Part shown: piece by piece, positions 8,012-16,234 of the stretch
Numbering within the stretch: the stretch's first letter is position 1
How the letters are laid out: the number at the start of each line of letters is the position of its first letter
Virus record (IMG/VR): IMGVR_UViG_3300048902_000179
Coordinates: 1-37,491 of that record
Strand: one strand, 5' to 3'
Length of the DNA stretch: 37,491 nucleotides
Origin: a virus
Lineage: Duplodnaviria; Caudoviricetes
Made by a program: the position numbers and the translations under genes
The notes under the pieces: model-generated
What the model saw: the letters and a program-made list of their open reading frames with translations, nothing else
Databases searched by the model: none
What the model was told of the DNA's origin: nothing

Positions 8012-8797
8012 ATGAGCGACCGGATTCGGCTGGATAATTACGACGCCGCGGTTGCGGAAGAGCCGCTGGAAAAGCCGGCACCGGAGGAGGCGGCGCCGCC
8101 GGAACCGCAGCAGCCGCCGGAAGAGCCGCCGGCGGCCACGACCGAGGAGCCGGCGGCGGAAAAGCCTGCGGCGCCGACGCCCGAGCAGCAACGCATCGAC
8201 CGGCTGACCCGGGAGAAATACGAGGCGCAGCGGCAGCGCGACGAATATGCCGCGATACTGGCGGCGCAGCAGCGGGCCCAGCAAAACCAGCAAAACGTCC
8301 AATATGGCCAGCCCGACCCGATCGAGGCGGCCCGGCAGCAGGGGTTGCAGCAGGCTCGGGAGGAGGCTGTTGCGGCCCGGTTCAATGCCGACTGCAACAC
8401 GCTGTTTGAGAAGGGCCAGAGCGAATATGGCGACATGACCGACGCGGTGTCGGCGCTGAATGCGGTCGGATATGGGGCGAGGCCGGATGCGCTGATGGCG
8501 CTGACGCGGCTGCCGGACGGGCACCGGATCTACCGCGAGCTGGCGGGCGATCTCGACAACGCGGCGCGCATTCTCAACCTGGAGCCGATGGCCATGGCCA
8601 TGGAATTTGCTCGCATGTCCCGCGGCGAGGCACCGGCAGGAAACGGGGCGGCGGCGCCGGTCACCCGTGCACCGCCTCCGGTGCGGCCGGTCGGCGGCAA
8701 TGCGGCCCGCGCCGCGAAGCCGCTCGACAAGATGTCGATGGCGGAATTTATCCGCGAGAGGGACCGGACCGAGCGGCGATCTCGAATCCTGCGCTGA
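8012..8797 (+). CDS. Capsid scaffolding protein
   Basis: E/P/A-rich N-terminus, QQRIDRLTREKYEA coiled coil, APPPVRPVG and DKMSMAEFIRER..RR end; lies between portal and coat. Confidence 0.85.
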   Translation: MSDRIRLDNYDAAVAEEPLEKPAPEEAAPPEPQQPPEEPPAATTEEPAAEKPAAPTPEQQRIDRLTREKYEAQRQRDEYAAILAAQQRAQQNQQNVQYGQPDPIEAARQQGLQQAREEAVAARFNADCNTLFEKGQSEYGDMTDAVSALNAVGYGARPDALMALTRLPDGHRIYRELAGDLDNAARILNLEPMAMAMEFARMSRGEAPAGNGAAAPVTRAPPPVRPVGGNAARAAKPLDKMSMAEFIRERDRTERRSRILR

Positions 8798-8922
8798 GGC
8801 CGTTTGCGCGGGCAAACCGCCGGACGTGATCCCCCAGGAGCCCGGCGTGGGCAGATGCGGAGCGGACCAGTCCAGCTCGTGCCCCGGCGGGCGCGGACAA
8901 ATTTCTGGGGGTTCTGCCGCTG

Positions 8923-9018
8923 TTATGTCGCGATTATGTCGCGGTTTTTTATCGTTTGCTGCCAACGGGTTGGCGTTTGTCGGAGTTATGTCGGAGTTAT
9001 GTCGCGATTGTGCCGCGG
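8923..9018. repeat. 11-bp-phased TTATGTCG(C/G) repeats
   Basis: Copies at 8923, 8934, ~8976, 8986, 8997 and a degenerate one at 9008. Confidence 0.85.
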
Positions 9019-9041
9019 CAACGACCCGCCCGGCCCTGACG

Positions 9042-9881
9042 CTATACATGCTTGCCCCCCTTCACTGCTGGTCCGCGCTCTCGCAAACACCACGCGATCA
9101 GCCCCGGCGGCAGGCTGCAGCCCGGCTGATCCGGCGCCGGTCCCCAGCTGCCGTCGCGCAGCCAGAAGCCGCGCTTGACCCAGTCCCGCGCCTGCCGCTG
9201 CTGCCGCTCGTCCGCGGCCGGCGCCGCAGGATCGACCCGAACAAAACGAACAAATCGAACATCTGTTCTGGTGTGCACCCCATCTGACACCGGCTGATTC
9301 GTCCGGTCGAGCCACGCTCGCAGCGCCCACACGAGCCAACTGCCGAGCCGCAGCTCGCGGCCTTTGTCGGCATACCAGTGCACCGCCTTGCGGTACTCGA
9401 CATCCAGGTTGACCGGCGGCAGCCCGGCGCGCTCGCGCTCAGCCGCGGCCGCCTCGAGCCACGCGCGCGGCAACTGATCATCCTTCTCTCTCTCTGAATC
9501 TTTAGAATCTTCTGAAGAGAGAGACGCGCGCACGCGTATACGCGAGGGAGCGGTCTGATCGCGCAATGCCCGCAGCTTCGCCTTCAGCTGGCGGGCCGGC
9601 AGAGCTAGGTATTCGTCGAGCTGTTTGATGCTGATGATGGGGGCTTCTCCGATTTTGAGGCGGCCTGCAGCTTTGCCTCCCGATCGCGCAGGGCCTGCAG
9701 CTTTGCTTTCAGCTGGTCGGCTGGCAGGGCTAGGTATTCGTTGAGCTGCTCGATGCTGATCGTGACTTTCATTGCGGTTTCTCCAGGGGTTTGAGGGCGC
9801 AAGCGAGGGGGCGGCCTGATCGCGCAGGGTCCGCATGGCTAGGAGAGCTAGGTATTCGTCGAGGTCGATCGTGACTTGCAT
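9042..9881 (-). CDS. Inverted ORF with internal repeats; C-terminal half resembles phage replication-initiator C-termini
   Basis: GAGGAG RBS; DEYLAL...LRDQ twice in frame; SSEDSKDSERE linker; WGPAPDQPGCSLP end. Confidence 0.5.
   Translation of the reverse strand: MQVTIDLDEYLALLAMRTLRDQAAPSLAPSNPWRNRNESHDQHRAAQRIPSPASRPAESKAAGPARSGGKAAGRLKIGEAPIISIKQLDEYLALPARQLKAKLRALRDQTAPSRIRVRASLSSEDSKDSEREKDDQLPRAWLEAAAAERERAGLPPVNLDVEYRKAVHWYADKGRELRLGSWLVWALRAWLDRTNQPVSDGVHTRTDVRFVRFVRVDPAAPAADERQQRQARDWVKRGFWLRDGSWGPAPDQPGCSLPPGLIAWCLRERGPAVKGGKHV
9234..9266. repeat. 3x9-bp CGAACA tandem element, copy 2
   Basis: 31/33 identical to 1497-1529. Confidence 0.85.
9605..9772 (-). CDS. Nested alternative-frame ORF carrying another copy of the repeat
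   Basis: Own GGAGA RBS; MKVTISIEQLNEYLALPADQLKAKLQALRDR. Confidence 0.45.
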   Translation of the reverse strand: MKVTISIEQLNEYLALPADQLKAKLQALRDREAKLQAASKSEKPPSSASNSSTNT

Positions 9882-10063
9882 GGCTGGGGCTCCTCTGGGT
9901 TGTGAGGGGCCGCCGGGTCGCGTGGCCTGTCGCTAGGGCGCAGTTTTCCTGCCGCGCAAAAATAGCTGTTGCGCGTTATGGGCGAACGAGGCAAAGATCG
10001 GAGTTGCAACACAGCCGATCTTTCCCCGTTCACGGGTTCGTAAGAGCCCGCCCTTGTGCGATC

Positions 10064-10098
10064 AGGCCCTGCCCTTACCCGGCGGGGCTTTTTCGTTT
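10064..10098 (+). terminator. Rho-independent terminator
   Basis: gccctgcc/ggcggggc stem followed by tttttcgttt. Confidence 0.7.
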
Positions 10099-10266
10099 CT
10101 CCCTCGGTTTCGCGCCGGCCAGCCTGTTACACAATTTCCAGTTGATCAAGGTAAATTGGGCGCGGCGGCGTGCCTGCAGTGTTGCTGTATCGGCACTGTC
10201 GCGATTTCGGTACACCGAACACAAATTGACACAAACGCTCGGTTCTGGCATTGAGCCGGGGCCGAA

Positions 10267-10324
10267 CTTCCCCCGGGATAAGGGGATGCGCCGTTCTTCC
10301 CCCGGCTATCGGGGATGCGCCGTT
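10267..10324 (+). repeat. 29-bp tandem hairpin duplication in the coat gene leader
   Basis: cttcccccgg-gataa-ggggatgcgccgtt then cttcccccgg-ctatc-ggggatgcgccgtt. Confidence 0.85.
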
Positions 10325-10441
10325 CTGATCCTGGCTTAACGGATCTGCGCCCACTGCGCAGGCTAATGCGCGGAAATCTCTCTCAATTCTGTGCGCCCGG
10401 CGCGCCCATGCGGCTGCCCGGCCGCCGGGGGGTATTCCGCC

Positions 10442-11668
10442 GTGGCGAACACACTGTTGACCCTGGACGTGGTCACGCGGGAGGCGCTTCGCCTTTTCCG
10501 CAATTCCAACTGGTATTTGCGAACAATCGGACGGCAATTCGACGAAGAATTTGGCCGGTCGGGTTCGAAGATTGGCAGCCAGCTGCGGGTGAGATTGCCG
10601 AACGACTACACGCTGCGAACCGGCCCGACCGCCAGCCCGCAGAATACCAACGAACGCAACACGACGTTGGTTTTGGCCACGCAAATGGGCGTGGACGTTA
10701 GCTTTTCGTCGGCCGAGCGATCGCTTTCCCTCGACGATTACAGCACGCGAATCCTGGCGCCCGCGGTCAATACGCTGGCCGGCGGTGTCGCGGTTGCGGT
10801 CATGGCGAATATCGAGCAGGCGTCGAATCTCGTGCTCAACACCGACACGGGCGGCGCGATGATCAGCCCGACCGCGGGGACGTGGCTCGCGGCTGGGGCC
10901 CTGCTCGATCGTGCCGGCGCACCAAGAAATGATCGATTCATCGTCATGGATCCGCTGACCCAGGCGCGCACGGTGACGAGCCTGATGGGGCTTTTCAATC
11001 CGCAGGCCAAGATCTCGGACCAGTACATGCGGGGCACGATCAGTGTCGACACCCTCGGGTTCGACTGGGGCATGGATCAGACCGTGATCATGCACACGAC
11101 CGGCGCCTATGGGACGGCCCCGACCGTGGCGGGCGCCAACCAGACCGGCTCAACCCTGACCGTGTCGGCCCTGGCCGGTCCGGTCGCGGTTGGCGACGTC
11201 TTTACGATCGCCGGGGTGCGCGCGGTCAACCGGGTGACCAAGACCAGCACGGGCTCGCTGCAGCAGTTTGTCGTGACCGCGGCGGCCAGTGCCGGCGCCA
11301 CGACGCTGTCGATCTACCCGCCGATCACACCGTTCGCGACCACCCCGGCGCCAAACACCCCGGTGCCGTTTCAGACGGTGGATGTCTCGCCCGCCGCCGG
11401 GGCGAATATCGTCTTTGCGACCGCGAGCGGGGCGGCCTACCGCTCCAATTTCGCGTACTACAGTGAGGCGGTGACCCTGGCGACGGCAGAGCTCGAGCTG
11501 CCGCGCGGCGTGCATGAGGCGGCGCGGGAGACCTACGACGGGATCAGCCTGCGCATGGTCACCGATTATGCCGTGCTCTCGGACCAGTTCGTGACGCGGC
11601 TCGACATCCTTTTCGGCTCGCTGCTGCTGCGGCCGGAATGGGTCGTCAAGGTCGCCGACATACCGTAG
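10442..11668 (+). CDS. Major capsid protein, P22 coat (gp5) family
   Basis: GTG start; MANTLLT.D..TREAL, KIGSQLRVRLP, GDVFTIAGV.AVN, RLDILFG...RPEW. Confidence 0.93.
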   Translation: MANTLLTLDVVTREALRLFRNSNWYLRTIGRQFDEEFGRSGSKIGSQLRVRLPNDYTLRTGPTASPQNTNERNTTLVLATQMGVDVSFSSAERSLSLDDYSTRILAPAVNTLAGGVAVAVMANIEQASNLVLNTDTGGAMISPTAGTWLAAGALLDRAGAPRNDRFIVMDPLTQARTVTSLMGLFNPQAKISDQYMRGTISVDTLGFDWGMDQTVIMHTTGAYGTAPTVAGANQTGSTLTVSALAGPVAVGDVFTIAGVRAVNRVTKTSTGSLQQFVVTAAASAGATTLSIYPPITPFATTPAPNTPVPFQTVDVSPAAGANIVFATASGAAYRSNFAYYSEAVTLATAELELPRGVHEAARETYDGISLRMVTDYAVLSDQFVTRLDILFGSLLLRPEWVVKVADIP

Positions 11669-11686
11669 TACAAAAGCCCATTCTTA

Positions 11687-11714
11687 TGCTATCTCCTCGG
11701 AGGAGGAGATAGCA
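11687..11714 (+). promoter_or_regulatory. Hairpin sequestering the RBS of the endonuclease gene
   Basis: Perfect 12-bp stem tgctatctcctc/gaggagatagca ending 1 nt before the GTG. Confidence 0.75.
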
Positions 11715-11715
11715 A

Positions 11716-12333
11716 GTGGCAAAGATTATTGACCTAACCGGAAAGAGGTTTTCCCGATGGACCGTGCAGGGGCTCTCGCATCAGGTCGGCAAAATGCTCT
11801 ACTGGCATTGCGTCTGCGATTGCGGGACGGAGCGCGCGGTTTTCGGGGGCGACCTGAAGCGAGGGGGATCGAGGAGTTGCGGCTGCCTCATGCGGGAGGA
11901 GAAGGAGCAGCCGCGGTCACACGGCATGACCCATCATCCGGCGTATCGGTCATGGATCTATATGAAAAGCCGGTGCAGGAACCCTAGGAACGACGGGTAT
12001 TATCTTTATGGGAAGAGGGGCATTAAGGTTTGCAGGCGGTGGCAGAAATTTGAAAACTTCTGGGCCGACATGGGCACCACGTGGGTGCCGGGTCTGACCA
12101 TCGAACGACTGGATAACGACAAAGGCTATGAACCGGGAAACTGTGTTTGGACAACGCGAAAGGAGCAGGCGCGTAATCGGCGGACGCAACGTCTTATTGA
12201 TACGCCAGAGGGCAAGATGAGCGTGACAGAGGCTGCAGAACTGTTTGGACTTTCGCGCAAGATGATCTTCTCACGTATCGCTTATGGCTGGCCGCAGGAT
12301 CGCCTGTTGATGCCGCCGAGAGGAGGCGCTTGA
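11716..12333 (+). CDS. Free-standing HNH-type homing endonuclease
   Basis: DLTGKRF, C.CDCG, SCGC, MKSRC, YGKRGIKVC, TIERLDN..GYEPGNC.W; less GC-biased codons. Confidence 0.85.
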   Translation: MAKIIDLTGKRFSRWTVQGLSHQVGKMLYWHCVCDCGTERAVFGGDLKRGGSRSCGCLMREEKEQPRSHGMTHHPAYRSWIYMKSRCRNPRNDGYYLYGKRGIKVCRRWQKFENFWADMGTTWVPGLTIERLDNDKGYEPGNCVWTTRKEQARNRRTQRLIDTPEGKMSVTEAAELFGLSRKMIFSRIAYGWPQDRLLMPPRGGA

Positions 12334-12605
12334 TGGCAGCGGAGGTGTTGCCCGGGAATGCCGGGCGGGCCGACTACCCTCGGATGCTCTATCACCCGGA
12401 CGGGCGCAGTGTCGTCGTGGCGACGCCCGAGGAGCACGACCGGCTGGCCAGTGAGGACTGGGGGACGGTGCCGCAGGACATCCACCGGATGCCGGCGGTT
12501 ACCGCCTCCCCGATTCTCAGCGGCGGCGATCCGCTGGCGTTGATGATTCGAGAGGTGTTGGAATCGGTGCTCGACGAGCGCGGCATCGGACGAAGGAGAC
12601 GATGA
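12330..12605 (+). CDS. Hypothetical, probably virion-associated, protein
   Basis: DYPRMLYHPDG..VVV...EE; post-coat position; GGAGG RBS (start may be 12333). Confidence 0.7.
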   Translation: MMAAEVLPGNAGRADYPRMLYHPDGRSVVVATPEEHDRLASEDWGTVPQDIHRMPAVTASPILSGGDPLALMIREVLESVLDERGIGRRRR

Positions 12606-12850
12606 TGGCAGGACGTACCGGCGATTACAGCGTGTCGACCAAGCGAGACCCGTACAGCGAAGGCAAGGAGCGGCAGCGGCGCGGTGGCGGCGGCTATGAC
12701 GGCGGGCCGGGGCGCACCGGCATGCCGCAGGCGCAGGACATGGACCGCCCGGCCAGCCCGTGTGGCACCTATGGCCGGACCGGAACCTCGCGCGGCGGCA
12801 TCAACAGCGGCATCCGCAAGATCCAGGATCAGAACAAAGGCGGGTACTAA
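12602..12850 (+). CDS. Gly/Arg-rich hypothetical protein
   Basis: AAGGAG RBS; overlaps the upstream stop. Confidence 0.65.
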   Translation: MMAGRTGDYSVSTKRDPYSEGKERQRRGGGGYDGGPGRTGMPQAQDMDRPASPCGTYGRTGTSRGGINSGIRKIQDQNKGGY

Positions 12851-12853
12851 CCC

Positions 12854-13663
12854 ATGCTGGTGTCGGAGCTGATCGGGCTGGCTCTGCGCACCTCAGGCAT
12901 CCTCGGGGTCGGGCAGACCGCCCTGCCCCAGGATCTCAGCGACGCCCAGGTCATGCTCAAGCTGCTCCTCCAGCAGTGGCGGCAGAAACGCTGGCTGGTG
13001 TTCCGGTTGGCCAACGTGCTGGTGCCGATGGTGCCGGGGAAGCCGATCTACACGGTGGGTCCGGCGGGCGCGACGCCGGCCCCGGACATACTGACGGACG
13101 GCAATTTCCGGCCGGCGAATATCCAGAGCTGCTATCTGCGCCAGGAGGTCGGTTCGGGCCCGAACAGCTACCCGGTCGACTTCCCGATGCGGGTGCTCGA
13201 ATCGCGCCAGCAATACGACCAGATCAGCCTCAAAAACCTGCAGTCCTGGCCGGCATTGGTCTACTACGACCCGCTGGTGCCGGTGGCGAATCTGTATGTG
13301 TGGCCGATCCCGGTGCAGCCGCTGTTCCACCTCTATCTCGCGTGGCAGCAGGCGATCGATATGGCCGGCGAGGGCGCGCAGTCGCAAGAACTCGAGGAGA
13401 TATTGCCGACCGAGACGCAGCTCGCGCTGATGTACAATTTGGCCCTGCTCACCGCCGCCAACTACAAGTTGCCGCGCGACGAAAACCTCGAGGCGCTCGC
13501 GCGGTCGAGCCTCAACGTGATGCGGATGACGAACTTCGCATTGCAGCCCTTAAAGATGCCGGCGAGCTTGATCGGCACCGGGACGCGGATGCGCAACCCG
13601 CTCGGCGGGTTTGTCTACCCCGAAACCTCGGCGGGCGTGCCGGTCGGCACGACCCTGGCCTGA
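12854..13663 (+). CDS. P22 gp4-like head-tail adaptor
   Basis: LI..ALR..GILGVGQT, RPANI, P...YYDP..P...LYVWP.P, ALMYNLA; synteny. Confidence 0.75.
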   Translation: MLVSELIGLALRTSGILGVGQTALPQDLSDAQVMLKLLLQQWRQKRWLVFRLANVLVPMVPGKPIYTVGPAGATPAPDILTDGNFRPANIQSCYLRQEVGSGPNSYPVDFPMRVLESRQQYDQISLKNLQSWPALVYYDPLVPVANLYVWPIPVQPLFHLYLAWQQAIDMAGEGAQSQELEEILPTETQLALMYNLALLTAANYKLPRDENLEALARSSLNVMRMTNFALQPLKMPASLIGTGTRMRNPLGGFVYPETSAGVPVGTTLA

Positions 13664-13667
13664 TGCC

Positions 13668-14291
13668 GTGGGGCACCTCCCCGACCACGGTCTGACCGTC
13701 TGGGAGCGGGGGACTCAGCTCACCGCCGAAGCGCTCAACGGCAATTTCGCGAGGCTCCGCGACGATGCCGAGCTGGCGCTGGCGCAGGCGCTGTTGCCGG
13801 ACCCGGCCGTGGTCGGCCTCGAGATGCGGCTGGGCCGGCTCGAGGAGCGGCTCGAGCGGATCGAGGGGATGCTGGCGATGCACGAGCGGCAGCGCAACGA
13901 GCGCGAGTATGCGCCGCTCGCATCTTTGGGCGGCGTGCTGCTGCGGCTCGATGGCTTGCAGCGGGTCACGGAGGACGCGGTGGCGCGGCTCGAGGCAGCC
14001 CAGGCGGCCGCAGAGAGGATGCACCATGACCAGCATCTTCGCCTGTCGCGTCTCGAGCAGCAGCCCGAGGCGGCGACGGCGGCCGAGCACCGGGCCCTGC
14101 GGCGGGCGCAGGAGCGCTCTGCCCATACCGCAGACGCGGCCCTGGGGCAGGCGATCGGATTGCGCCAGGAGGTGGGCGCGGTGCGCCGGATCGCCGAGGG
14201 GCACGACCGGATCGCCAACCGGCGTGAATATGCCCCGCTGGCCACGGTGGCGCATCTGCTCGAGCGGCTGCAGCGGTTGGAGCAGGGATGA
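13668..14291 (+). CDS. Coiled-coil protein with a duplicated REYAPLA segment
   Basis: GTG start inferred; LTAEALNGNF N-terminal motif; heptad pattern. Confidence 0.65.
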   Translation: MGHLPDHGLTVWERGTQLTAEALNGNFARLRDDAELALAQALLPDPAVVGLEMRLGRLEERLERIEGMLAMHERQRNEREYAPLASLGGVLLRLDGLQRVTEDAVARLEAAQAAAERMHHDQHLRLSRLEQQPEAATAAEHRALRRAQERSAHTADAALGQAIGLRQEVGAVRRIAEGHDRIANRREYAPLATVAHLLERLQRLEQG

Positions 14292-15736
14292 CCCAGCTGG
14301 CTCTGACACAAGGTGCCTATGTCGCGCGCGGCCTGATCGCCAATGCGCAGGTTTGCACGAACCTCTATGCCGAGCCGAACCCGCAGGACGCGCCCTTTCC
14401 AGTGACGCACTACCCGGCGCCGGGGCTCTCTGTGCTGTCCGATTTCGGCGGGATCTACACGGGCGTGGTGCGCGGCCTGTACGACGCGTCGGACGGCACC
14501 GTCATCGCGGTGATCGGCCCCTCGGTCATCAACTGGCGGGGGCCCGGGACCAGCGGCCATGTGCTCCTCGGCACGATTTCGGACAGCGGCAACCCGGTGT
14601 CGATCGTCGACAACCAGGACGACGTCGTGCTGGTCGACGGCACGGCCAACGGGTGGACGTTCAAGCTAGGCAATGCCAACACGCCGGGGGCCCTCGCCCC
14701 AGTTGCGGACCCGGCCTTTTTCGGATCGACCCGCGTCGATTTCATCGACTCGTTTTTCGTTTTCAACAAGCCGGGGACACCGACTTTCTACACCAGCACG
14801 GCCGGCGCCTTCCTGCCGCTCGACGCGACCTACGCGACCCCGAAACTTGGGTGGAATGACGATCTGGTGGCGTGCTGCGCATTACACGACAACGTGTGGC
14901 TGCTGGGCAATACGACGACCGAGATTTGGTTCAATTCTGGCGGTGCGACATTCGCCTTTTCGCGCATGCCGAATGCCATCCTGCAGCAGGGTTGCGTCGC
15001 CCGGTTCAGTCCGGTGATCGCCGACAATGCGGTCTACTGGCTGAGCCAGGATCGCTGGGGCCGCAATATGTGCATGCGCGGTGAAGGCTATGCGGCAAAG
15101 CGGGTGAGCACCTTTGCGGTCGAGGACGAGTGGTCAAAATACGACACCCTGGCCGACGCGATCGGCATGGCCTACCAGATCGGCGGGCACGAGGTCGTCG
15201 GGCTGTATTTCCCGACCGGCAACGCGTGGTGGGCTTATGACACCTCCTCGGGGTACTGGCACGACCGCACCTACGGCGATCTGGTGACGCCCTGGCTGCC
15301 GCGCTGCATGGCCGGCTGGGGCGCGATCGCCCCCAGCACTCACCCGAACAGCATCCTGGCCGGTGACCGCAGCGCGCCGCGCATCCTCGAGCTGAGCCGG
15401 ATGAATTACACCGACATCGGCACCCCGATCGTGCGGCAGCGGGCGTGGCCGCACGCCCAGGCCGATGGCAAGCGGTTGACCCACACGCGGTTTGCCGCGG
15501 CGTTTGACGGGTCCCAGATGGCTGCGCCGGACCAGATCACGCTCGATTGGAGCGACGACTATGGCCACAATTTTGGGACGCCCTTGCCGCAGACGGTCAA
15601 CGACATCAACGGCGGCCAGTATCAGTGGCGGCGCCTCGGGTCGGCCCGCGATCGCGTCTACCGGCTGACATGGTCACAACCCGGTCCGGTCGCTCTGAAC
15701 GGCGCCTGGATCGATGTATTGCAGCAGGGCACCTGA
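14288..15736 (+). CDS. P22 gp10-like tail hub (DNA stabilisation protein)
   Basis: NLYAE, RGLY, TTEIWFN, WSDD.G..F, WRRLG.ARDRVYRL; beta-rich. Confidence 0.85.
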   Translation: MTQLALTQGAYVARGLIANAQVCTNLYAEPNPQDAPFPVTHYPAPGLSVLSDFGGIYTGVVRGLYDASDGTVIAVIGPSVINWRGPGTSGHVLLGTISDSGNPVSIVDNQDDVVLVDGTANGWTFKLGNANTPGALAPVADPAFFGSTRVDFIDSFFVFNKPGTPTFYTSTAGAFLPLDATYATPKLGWNDDLVACCALHDNVWLLGNTTTEIWFNSGGATFAFSRMPNAILQQGCVARFSPVIADNAVYWLSQDRWGRNMCMRGEGYAAKRVSTFAVEDEWSKYDTLADAIGMAYQIGGHEVVGLYFPTGNAWWAYDTSSGYWHDRTYGDLVTPWLPRCMAGWGAIAPSTHPNSILAGDRSAPRILELSRMNYTDIGTPIVRQRAWPHAQADGKRLTHTRFAAAFDGSQMAAPDQITLDWSDDYGHNFGTPLPQTVNDINGGQYQWRRLGSARDRVYRLTWSQPGPVALNGAWIDVLQQGT

Positions 15737-16020
15737 TGGCAGTCGAGCGGTCCGTGTCACTGCAGCGCGCCCTGGAGCGGGAGGCGATCCGCTGCGCCGG
15801 CACCCTGGCGGTTGTGTGGTTTTACTCCGGCGAACGCCCGGCCGGTTGCTTTGCCGCCACCACCGGCCAGCGCATCATGCAGCGGCCCGTCACCGAGGAC
15901 ATGATGCGCACGCTGGTGCGTGGCGGCGAATTTGAGATGCCGCCGGGCGCGACGCACTGGCGGATGTTCGATGCCAACGGCAACGTGGTGATGCAGGGAG
16001 GCCTCAATGGGGCCCCATAA
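15736..16020 (+). CDS. Hypothetical tail-region protein
   Basis: TGATG coupling; 94 aa. Confidence 0.65.
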   Translation: MAVERSVSLQRALEREAIRCAGTLAVVWFYSGERPAGCFAATTGQRIMQRPVTEDMMRTLVRGGEFEMPPGATHWRMFDANGNVVMQGGLNGAP

Positions 16021-16234
16021 GCCGGTCGGGCACGCGATCAACCGGCGACAGGTGCTCGGTGTCGCGGACGACAATTTCGCGGCGCAGGGGATGATCGCGC
16101 CGACCCAGATTTTTGTCGACCGCGAGGGCGCTCTGACACCGGCAAGCTTCCGGTTCCTGTTTAGCGTGTTCCTGGCGATCGCGCGGATCGAGCAGCGGCT
16201 CGACGCGGCCGGGATCCCGCGGGCCGAAACGTGA
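16007..16234 (+). CDS. Small tail protein (position of the gp26 plug/needle)
   Basis: FVDREGALTPASFRFL motif, GGAGG RBS, synteny after gp10. Confidence 0.5.
   Translation: MGPHKPVGHAINRRQVLGVADDNFAAQGMIAPTQIFVDREGALTPASFRFLFSVFLAIARIEQRLDAAGIPRAET

Noticed and set aside
8923-9018. CRISPR-like array
   Set aside because: Units are 11 bp and tandem, without unique spacers
9550-9881. Diversity-generating retroelement TR/VR pair
   Set aside because: No reverse transcriptase in the window; differences between copies are not adenine-specific
10014-10070. tRNA gene (GGTTCG motif)
   Set aside because: No cloverleaf, anticodon arm or acceptor stem could be built
10267-10324. CRISPR or mini-array
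   Set aside because: Only two abutting 29-bp copies with no spacer and no cas genes
10391-10441. Longer coat start from the ORF track
   Set aside because: The family-typical MANTLLT start is the GTG at 10442
11669-12333. Group I intron or intein in the coat gene
   Set aside because: The coat ends with a normal-looking C-terminus and stop; no second exon or intron core is visible
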